A stretch of 33,294 nt of DNA, taken from the IMG/VR virus record IMGVR_UViG_3300030329_000080, positions 1 to 33,294 of that record; one strand, given 5' to 3'. Position numbers and translations under genes: made by a program. Each line of letters begins with the position of its first letter. The stretch's first letter is position 1. The notes under the pieces are model-generated. The model searched no databases. It worked only from the letters and a program-made list of their open reading frames with translations, and was not told the DNA's origin. Source of the DNA: a virus. Of the stretch, positions 6,585 to 12,307 are shown in pieces.

Positions 6585-6932
6585 ATGAAAAAAGAAGCCT
6601 CTGTACAATCATCATTTTGCACTTATATGCAATTCGCTTATCCAGACTTACGTTACTGTGCAAGTCTTGGTGGTATTAGAACATCAATGAAACAAGCCAT
6701 ACTAGCCAAGAAAACAGGATATGTTAAAGGCTTTCCTGATATGCAAATCCTAAGAGTCAATAGTCAATATGCTGGACTATTCCTAGAAATAAAAGCAGAC
6801 AAGAAATGTTATCCAACTAAAGAACAGAAAGAATGGGTTGCATACCTCAACGAAGCAGGTTACTATGCTAAAGTAGTTAAAGGTCTTGAAGAGTGTATGG
6901 ATGTTTTAGATTGGTACATGAAGATTCCTTAA
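6585..6932 (+). CDS. VRR-NUC domain nuclease (115 aa)
   Basis: KGFPDMQIL...GLFLEIKADKKCYPTKEQKEWVAYLNEAGYYAKVV matches the VRR-NUC pattern G.PD...EvK....s..Q..w...l...G. ATG 6585 is preferred to GTG 6579. Confidence 0.7.
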   Translation: MKKEASVQSSFCTYMQFAYPDLRYCASLGGIRTSMKQAILAKKTGYVKGFPDMQILRVNSQYAGLFLEIKADKKCYPTKEQKEWVAYLNEAGYYAKVVKGLEECMDVLDWYMKIP

Positions 6933-6969
6933 AACTTTTTTATAATTTTTTTTTTAAATTTTTTTCTAC

Positions 6970-7014
6970 TGAAACTGCCAGTGAAACTGCCCTGAAACTG
7001 CCAGTGAAACTGCT
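6970..7014 (+). repeat. Four tandem iteron-like repeats TGAAACTGC(C/T), spacing 12/11/12 bp
   Basis: Copies start at 6970, 6982, 6993 and 7005, directly downstream of a pure A/T stretch (about 6935-6966). Confidence 0.85.
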
Positions 7015-7036
7015 AGGGTTGCCGATAGGGAGGCTC

Positions 7037-7064
7037 AGAGCAACCACAAAAGATCTTTTGCTCT
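7037..7064. repeat. Bulged palindrome AGAGCA(accac)AAAAGATCTTTTGCTCT
   Basis: aaaagatctttt (7048-7059) is a perfect 12-bp palindrome. The outer arms agagca / tgctct pair. An alternative stem is ggttgc (7017-7022) with gcaacc (7040-7045). Confidence 0.7.
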
Positions 7065-7185
7065 ACAAAAATAATAAAACATTTTAACAAAATAAAATAA
7101 TTTGTTTATAAGTTATTAACAAAATAATTGTTTATATCTTTTTCAACATTTTTTTGTTTTTTGTGTATAAGTATAAAAAAGTTTG

Positions 7186-7193
7186 TATATTTG
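7186..7193 (+). promoter_or_regulatory. Bacteroidota-type -7 promoter box TATATTTG
   Basis: Exact TAnnTTTG with TTTG elements upstream (7153, 7160, 7182), followed 6 nt later by the 16-mer leader motif. Confidence 0.5.
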
Positions 7194-7198
7194 CAATA

Positions 7199-7214
7199 AA
7201 TTATTAACTTAAAC
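7199..7214 (+). promoter_or_regulatory. 16-mer leader motif AATTATTAACTTAAAC (exact)
   Basis: 33 nt upstream of ATG 7232. Confidence 0.55.
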
Positions 7215-7231
7215 ATTAAAAAAATAAAATT

Positions 7232-7432
7232 ATGAAAACAACAAATTATGAGTTTGAGATAGGAGTAGAAGTTAAAGAAAACCCAAGCAAATCAGATAAA
7301 ATAACTTATGTAGATTACAAAGTTGTTGCAACGTCAGAATATGAAGCAAGACAAAAAGCGGCTAAATTATGTGGAGAGGAATTTGGACACAACCCTTGGA
7401 CAACAGAAGTATTAGATTGGGAAATAATTTAA
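7232..7432 (+). CDS. Hypothetical protein (66 aa)
   Basis: ATG ORF after the motif; followed by a hairpin terminator. Confidence 0.55.
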   Translation: MKTTNYEFEIGVEVKENPSKSDKITYVDYKVVATSEYEARQKAAKLCGEEFGHNPWTTEVLDWEII

Positions 7433-7450
7433 CAACTAAAACCACCAATG

Positions 7451-7476
7451 CCCTGCAACGAAAGTTGTGGGGTTTT
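7451..7476 (+). terminator. Hairpin with a GNRA tetraloop plus T4 (intrinsic terminator or attenuator)
   Basis: ccctgcaac-gaaa-gttgtgggg (9 bp including 2 G-T pairs) then tttt. An outer helix accac (7441-7445) / gtggt (7478-7482) could extend it. Confidence 0.5.
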
Positions 7477-7499
7477 CGTGGTAAAAGGCAACAATGCCA

Positions 7500-7512
7500 A
7501 ATTAACTTAAAA
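7500..7512 (+). promoter_or_regulatory. Shortened leader-motif copy aattaacttaaaa
   Basis: Lacks the internal dinucleotide; followed by the same aaatacaattATGaaaaaatt context as at 7769. Confidence 0.45.
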
Positions 7513-7529
7513 ATTAAATAAATACAATT

Positions 7530-7727
7530 ATGAAAAAATTATCTATTACAGAGTGCAGAGCATTTTTAAAAGACAAAAAAAATATGCAATTTACAAACCT
7601 TTATATAATGATAAGTAAGTATGTAAAAAAATACGACAATTATGAAAGTCAATATATTATACAAACTTCAAATGCTTATCAAAAAAAGGCAGAAAATAAA
7701 AAATTAAAATTATATAATAGAATTTAA
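7530..7727 (+). CDS. Hypothetical protein (65 aa)
   Basis: ATG ORF after the motif. Confidence 0.55.
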   Translation: MKKLSITECRAFLKDKKNMQFTNLYIMISKYVKKYDNYESQYIIQTSNAYQKKAENKKLKLYNRI

Positions 7728-7735
7728 AAACTAAA

Positions 7736-7751
7736 AATTATTAACTTAAAC
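7736..7751 (+). promoter_or_regulatory. 16-mer leader motif AATTATTAACTTAAAC (exact)
   Basis: 33 nt upstream of ATG 7769. Confidence 0.55.
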
Positions 7752-7768
7752 ATTAAAACAATACAATT

Positions 7769-8083
7769 ATGAAAAAATTTAAAACAGTTTCTCAATTAAG
7801 AAATACAAACTTAATGCAATTAAATAAAGACATAAAACAATTTAAAAATTATTGTAACGACTTTTATAATATAAATAAAGGGGTTTATAAAATTGCAACA
7901 CTAGAAGAAATAACAAACGCTATTAATATATATTTATGGTGTTTTGATGGTGTTATTGAATTTGATTCAATAGATAGAGAAAACGTCCGCCAAATTATAG
8001 AGGAAACACAAAGACAAACAAAAGAAGATAAAAAACAAAACTTTGATAAAAGGCTACAAAGTTTAATTAATAACTTAAAATAA
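7769..8083 (+). CDS. Hypothetical protein (104 aa)
   Basis: ATG ORF after the motif. Confidence 0.6.
   Translation: MKKFKTVSQLRNTNLMQLNKDIKQFKNYCNDFYNINKGVYKIATLEEITNAINIYLWCFDGVIEFDSIDRENVRQIIEETQRQTKEDKKQNFDKRLQSLINNLK
8065..8080 (+). promoter_or_regulatory. Leader-motif variant aattaataacttaaaa
   Basis: Lies in the last codons of the 7769..8083 ORF; 25 nt upstream of ATG 8090. Confidence 0.45.
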
Positions 8084-8089
8084 TATATT

Positions 8090-8329
8090 ATGCAAGAAAA
8101 TAAACTAGTATCTAATTGTTGCGGCACTTCTTATTCATTCGATTATGTTTCTAACTGTTGCAACGCTTTATTTTTAGGCAATACAGATATATGTGTTGAA
8201 TGTAAAGAACACGCTGACCCAATAGAAGGATATATTTGTAACAACTGCCAAGAAACAACAGAAGAGGAAACGCAACAAGAATACAAATGCAATCAAGATT
8301 TTGAACGATACGACAATAATAGACATTAA
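8090..8329 (+). CDS. Cysteine-rich small protein, probable zinc-ribbon (79 aa)
   Basis: SNCC...SNCC...CVEC...CNNC gives eight Cys in four pairs. Confidence 0.55.
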   Translation: MQENKLVSNCCGTSYSFDYVSNCCNALFLGNTDICVECKEHADPIEGYICNNCQETTEEETQQEYKCNQDFERYDNNRH

Positions 8330-8342
8330 AAAAAATACAATT

Positions 8343-8627
8343 ATGAAAACAATAAACAAAGACAAAGCAAAAAAATTAATTTTAGATAGTAACGGTAAAA
8401 TATTTTCGGCTATCTTCATAAAAAAAGATAACACGCACCGATTAATAAATGCCAGATTAAAAGTAAATTATAAAAGCAAAACAGGAAAAAAAGCACCATA
8501 CAACCCAAAAGATTTTAATTTATTACCTGTATACGATATGAAGATAAAACAACATAGAATGTTAAACTTCAACACGCTTTTAAACTTATCAATAAATAAA
8601 AACAAATACTTAATAACTAAAAACTAA
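8343..8627 (+). CDS. SH3-like beta-barrel phage protein (DUF2693/WYL_2-like) (94 aa)
   Basis: GKIFSAIFIKKDNTHRLINARL...YNPKDFNLLPVYDM...RMLNFNTLLNLSINKNKY fits the F.v.F.KKdG..R.m....YD......r.in.d.i family pattern. ATG 8343 sits in the conserved atacaattATG context and is preferred to 8301. Confidence 0.55.
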   Translation: MKTINKDKAKKLILDSNGKIFSAIFIKKDNTHRLINARLKVNYKSKTGKKAPYNPKDFNLLPVYDMKIKQHRMLNFNTLLNLSINKNKYLITKN

Positions 8628-8633
8628 ATAACT

Positions 8634-8831
8634 ATGAAAAAATTTAAACATTTGAGTAACCAAGAGTTAATAAATACTATTAATAAAAGATATGCTAACG
8701 GACAAAATGATGATGATTATGTAGCAGAATTAACTAGAAGAGCCAAAGAGCAAGATTTTAAGATAAAACCAAAGTGGGACACTTATGAAATAATAACTAG
8801 AGAATTTACAAATAAAATAAAATCACTATGA
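8634..8831 (+). CDS. Hypothetical protein (65 aa)
   Basis: ATG ORF; the 5' end ATGAAAAAATTTAAA is identical to that of the 7769 ORF. Confidence 0.55.
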   Translation: MKKFKHLSNQELINTINKRYANGQNDDDYVAELTRRAKEQDFKIKPKWDTYEIITREFTNKIKSL

Positions 8832-9148
8832 ACAACAAAATGAAAGCATACAAGATAAACAATTACAGACAAATCAAAGTCAAATATTTAGGTCCGACTA
8901 ATAACAGGGGTTCAAGAGTTTGTATCTATGAACCAAAAAGATATAACAACGATACAACAAAAAGAATTTATTTGCCATATGATTACAGTATTGGAGACAT
9001 CCAACAACAAGCATATGAATACTTATTAAATAAAGGTTTTAAAGTTGTTTGCAGAGCCTCAGAATACGAAAACTATTTATTTTTTGTTGATAATTGGGCA
9101 AATGATTTTATAGAATTAGACACAGGAAAAATAAGAGAATACAAATAA
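8828..9148 (+). CDS. Hypothetical protein (106 aa)
   Basis: ATGA overlap with the upstream gene. Confidence 0.6.
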   Translation: MNNKMKAYKINNYRQIKVKYLGPTNNRGSRVCIYEPKRYNNDTTKRIYLPYDYSIGDIQQQAYEYLLNKGFKVVCRASEYENYLFFVDNWANDFIELDTGKIREYK

Positions 9149-9163
9149 ATTAATAACTTAAAC
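9148..9163 (+). promoter_or_regulatory. Leader-motif variant aattaataacttaaac
   Basis: 25 nt upstream of ATG 9173. Confidence 0.45.
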
Positions 9164-9172
9164 TATAAAACT

Positions 9173-9262
9173 ATGAGCAGAGGAAATTTGCCGCTTTCAA
9201 ATTTTAGCGACACTACATTAACAATACTTTTTTTATTATCCTTAATCTTTTGCGGTTGCTAA
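9173..9262 (+). CDS. Micro-ORF, hydrophobic 29-aa peptide ending in CGC
   Basis: MSRGNLPLSNFSDTTLTILFLLSLIFCGC; preceded by a leader motif at canonical spacing and followed by a strong terminator. Confidence 0.35.
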   Translation: MSRGNLPLSNFSDTTLTILFLLSLIFCGC

Positions 9263-9291
9263 ACAAACAAACAAACATAATAAAATGTTAT

Positions 9292-9317
9292 AGGGTCTTT
9301 AATTAGACCCTTTTTTT
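9292..9317 (+). terminator. Rho-independent terminator closing the early block
   Basis: agggtct-ttaatt-agaccct followed by a T7 run. Confidence 0.75.
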
Positions 9318-9516
9318 ATGCTCTAAGACAAGCAAATAAACATTATATATTATATATCCAAACACACTTAAAACGCTTTAAAACTAATATTTATTTTTTA
9401 GTTTATGTTAGTTAAAAATTAATTTATTATTATTGATGTGTTGGCTTTTTTTCTTTATTCAGACAAAAAAAAAGATAAAAAAGTATAAAAAGAATAGATA
9501 AAACCCAAACTAAAAC

Positions 9517-9546
9517 CCAGTTTAAGTTCCTGAACTGGTTTTTTTT
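9517..9546 (+). terminator. Second rho-independent terminator inside the non-coding region
   Basis: ccagtt-N10-aactgg followed by T8; preceded by aaaa, so it could act bidirectionally. Confidence 0.6.
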
Positions 9547-9694
9547 ATTGAAATTATTATTTTTTAAAGGGGATTTTAAATTCCGTAAAAAAAATTACAT
9601 ACACCTTTTAGCCCAACACACGTACACACACAAAACCAAAGTTCAATTTTATAAATACTATGTTTTATTTAAACATCTATTTTAAAAGTATATG

Positions 9695-9786
9695 TAAGAC
9701 TTTGCGATATGAGCAATGATGTTTACTATAAGACTTGAGGACGATTATAAGGGTTTAGATTTATGCTTATTCTTATAAGAGGACGA
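9695..9786 (+). repeat. Cluster of short direct repeats upstream of terS (TAAGACTT x2; TATAAGA..GAGGACGA x2; palindrome CTTATAAG)
   Basis: taagactt at 9695 and 9729; tataagacttgaggacga at 9727-9744 versus tataagaggacga at 9774-9786. Confidence 0.6.
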
Positions 9787-9867
9787 AGTTAGTGTTTTAA
9801 TTTTAAAGTTTTGCATAATTTTATTACAGAACAATTAACAAGTTAAAAACTTTGTAGTTCAATTTTA

Positions 9868-9875
9868 TATATTTG
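9868..9875 (+). promoter_or_regulatory. Bacteroidota-type -7 promoter box TATATTTG upstream of terS
   Basis: Exact TAnnTTTG 48 nt upstream of ATG 9923. Confidence 0.45.
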
Positions 9876-9922
9876 TTGTATTATTGTATAATGGAAAGCA
9901 AAACATTTTATATATTAGCGAA

Positions 9923-10342
9923 ATGAAAGAAGATAACAAAGCATTAGGTGGAGAGGCATTAAAGAAGAAAGCATGGTCTAGTGGAAAAATAGATGAGCAT
10001 TATAATAAAACAGATAAAGTATTAGAGCCAAAGAACACAGAAGTTAGAAGAGTTGCTAAGATGACTAGGAAGTCATTAGCCTATGCACTAGAAGGACAAC
10101 CGGTAAAAATTAAAATGGCTCTTGATATTTTATTTGATGAAGACCCACGTAGTTACATTGATGCTATAGCCAAACTAATGAACTATGCTTTACCAAAATT
10201 ATCTGCAACAGAAATTAAGAAAGATTCAGACACGCAAATAGAAATTAAGTTGAGTGAAGGCACAACTCTTGATGACATTAAACAACAAATAAGAGGACTT
10301 GAAGAAGCAGAAGATATAGATTACACAGAACTAGATGACTAA
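9923..10342 (+). CDS. terS: Putative terminase small subunit (139 aa)
   Basis: Lies immediately upstream of terL and overlaps it by 8 nt. ATG 9923 is preferred to the TTG at 9884 because the predicted -7 box ends at 9875. Assignment is by position only. Confidence 0.5.
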   Translation: MKEDNKALGGEALKKKAWSSGKIDEHYNKTDKVLEPKNTEVRRVAKMTRKSLAYALEGQPVKIKMALDILFDEDPRSYIDAIAKLMNYALPKLSATEIKKDSDTQIEIKLSEGTTLDDIKQQIRGLEEAEDIDYTELDD

Positions 10343-11777
10343 TAAAAAAGCACTGAAGTTTGCTCTTAATAAGAAACTATGTGAGATGAGTTTCTATGAG
10401 TTCTTTAAAAAGGCTTGGCACGTTGTAGAACCTGCAGTACCTCTATCCACTAATTGGCATCATAAATATATTTGCGATACACTACAAGCAGAGTGCGAAA
10501 GAATAATAGAACAAAAACCAAAAACAAAAGACATAATTATTAACGTACCCTTTCGTAGTACAAAGTCTTTAATAGTAACTGTTATGTTTCCAGTATGGGC
10601 TTGGATAAAATCACCAAAACTTAGATTTATAACCTCATCATATTCAGCAACACTATCGATTGAACTAGCAACAAAATCCAGAGATATAATATTTAGTGAT
10701 TGGTTTAAACAAAGGTGGGGAAATGTTTTTCACATTAAGAAAGACCAAAACCTAAAAGAGAGATACGAAAATAATTATATTGGAATGAGAAGAGCAACAT
10801 CTGTTGGTGGTACTGTTACAGGACAGGGTGGTGACTTCCTAATAGTAGATGACCCCTTATCACCGCAAATGGCTAACTCTGCAACCGAAAGAGATAATGC
10901 AAATGAGTGGTATCGTACTACATTTTATTCTCGTTTGAATCAAGCACATATTGGAGTTAGAATAATTATTATGCAGAGAGTACACGAAGAAGATTTAACT
11001 GGTTTTTTGTTAGGAACAAATACAAGACTAAACTACAAACATATATGTATACCTGCAACAAATGAGAATGGTAATATAAAACCAAAATCATTAGAGAAGT
11101 TCTACAATAAAGAAAATGGTTTGTTCTGGCAAGATAGATTTAGCAAAGAAGTATTAGATGATTATAAAAGTGCTTTAGGTAGTTATGGATATGCTGGACA
11201 ACTACAACAAACACCAACACCCCTAGATAGTGGTATGATACATTCAAGTTGGTTTAGAGTAGATAGGTATAGAGTAGAAGATGCAACAGTAAACTTTGTT
11301 ATAGACCCTGCATATACTGCAAACCAAAAAAACGACCCCTCTGCGTTATTAGCATATACATATAAAGACAACAAGTGGCAAATAGTAGATTGTGTTAATG
11401 TACATAAAGAATTTCCAGAGTTGGTTAAGTTTATACCGCAGTGGGTACAAAAAAATGGCTACACAAATAGAAGTAGAATATATGTAGAACCAAAAGCATC
11501 TGGTAAATCTATTGTGCAAACATTAATTAGAGAAACAGGATTAAACGTAAAAGAAGATAAGCCACCAACAAAAGATAAGGTAGCAAGAGTAGCAGATGTA
11601 AGTGCATCACTAGAAAGCGGTAGAGTTAGTTTACTAAATGGAGATTGGAACAGAGAATTTCTTGACCAACTGTCAAGGTTTCCATCTGCAAAGCATGATG
11701 ACATGGTAGATTGTTTAGTGATGGCTATAAACAAAGAAATTTGGAGTGGAAGTGGTAAGGTAGTATTTTTTAATTAA
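10335..11777 (+). CDS. terL: Terminase large subunit (480 aa)
   Basis: ATPase motifs VPFRSTKS (Walker A-like) and DFLIVDD (Walker B). C-terminal RNaseH-like nuclease acidic motifs VIDPAY and KHDDMVDC. Confidence 0.9.
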   Translation: MTNKKALKFALNKKLCEMSFYEFFKKAWHVVEPAVPLSTNWHHKYICDTLQAECERIIEQKPKTKDIIINVPFRSTKSLIVTVMFPVWAWIKSPKLRFITSSYSATLSIELATKSRDIIFSDWFKQRWGNVFHIKKDQNLKERYENNYIGMRRATSVGGTVTGQGGDFLIVDDPLSPQMANSATERDNANEWYRTTFYSRLNQAHIGVRIIIMQRVHEEDLTGFLLGTNTRLNYKHICIPATNENGNIKPKSLEKFYNKENGLFWQDRFSKEVLDDYKSALGSYGYAGQLQQTPTPLDSGMIHSSWFRVDRYRVEDATVNFVIDPAYTANQKNDPSALLAYTYKDNKWQIVDCVNVHKEFPELVKFIPQWVQKNGYTNRSRIYVEPKASGKSIVQTLIRETGLNVKEDKPPTKDKVARVADVSASLESGRVSLLNGDWNREFLDQLSRFPSAKHDDMVDCLVMAINKEIWSGSGKVVFFN

Positions 11778-11797
11778 TTTTTTCAGATTATCTAAAA

Positions 11798-11834
11798 ATT
11801 AGGAAAATATTTAGCAATACCTTTACTATTTTTG
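11798..11834 (+). promoter_or_regulatory. Putative late promoter: ATTAGGAAAA upstream element, with the TATTTTTG -7 box starting 29 nt downstream of its first base
   Basis: Same two elements at the same 29-nt offset as at 24098-24134. Confidence 0.5.
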
Positions 11835-11862
11835 CATTGTTTTGAAAAATTATCAAAAAATA

Positions 11863-12297
11863 ATGAAAGCAAGAGAAATAAACTATTTAGATGATAAACA
11901 TAAGAGCATAGTTGAAGATTACATAGTTAAAGTAAAAAAAGTTATGTATTTCTCAACTGACAACTGTGCTTATGGTAAATATCATTCGTTTATTGAGTTG
12001 ATGGATTCGGTTTATTTATATTCTAATAATTTTTATGACAGAATGTTAAAAGATGAAGATACTGAAATAATTTCTGAATTTTTATTCATAATTCCAAATA
12101 TGATGTTCTATACAACTGTTGGTTTTTTAACTGCATTAAGAAATGACAAAAACCTTATACAGATTACATTAAGTATAGACAATATAGCAAGAATAACTGA
12201 AGATGCTACAAGCGAGTTGGCAGATGTGCTTATAGACAAAGAAGAAAAGAAGAAAATACTAAAAGAATTAGAAACTTTACATTTAAGCAAAAATTAA
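11863..12297 (+). CDS. Hypothetical protein (144 aa)
   Basis: ATG 11863 is preferred to the TTG at 11842, which would lie at or before the predicted transcription start. Confidence 0.55.
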   Translation: MKAREINYLDDKHKSIVEDYIVKVKKVMYFSTDNCAYGKYHSFIELMDSVYLYSNNFYDRMLKDEDTEIISEFLFIIPNMMFYTTVGFLTALRNDKNLIQITLSIDNIARITEDATSELADVLIDKEEKKKILKELETLHLSKN

Positions 12298-12307
12298 TAA
12301 TATTATT

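Noticed and set aside
6990-7070. Possible tRNA or other structured RNA gene in the relatively GC-rich patches (6990-7070, 7440-7500, 9560-9660)
   Set aside because: No T-loop (GTTCRA) or D-loop signatures and no 7-bp acceptor pairing could be drawn. The sequences are explained by the iterons, the palindrome and a terminator hairpin.
6893-7087. Track ORF of 64 aa on the + strand spanning the iteron array
   Set aside because: It runs through a poly-T/A tract, four tandem repeats and a palindrome. Its peptide is low-complexity (ETASETALKLPVKL simply reflects the repeats). It overlaps the end of the VRR-NUC gene. The region is better explained as non-coding regulatory or origin DNA.
9614-9637. 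CA-rich tract (caacacacgtacacacacaaaacc) as an attP core
   Set aside because: No integrase, excisionase or repressor is encoded, so a site-specific integration site is unlikely. The tract is kept only as part of the non-coding region finding.
10440-10452. DnaA-box-like sequences (ctatccact at about 10443; tgtggacta at about 12388; ttatcacac at about 26985)
   Set aside because: Each matches only 7 of 9 positions of TTATCCACA and most lie in coding DNA. They are not clustered, so they give no support for a DnaA-box origin.
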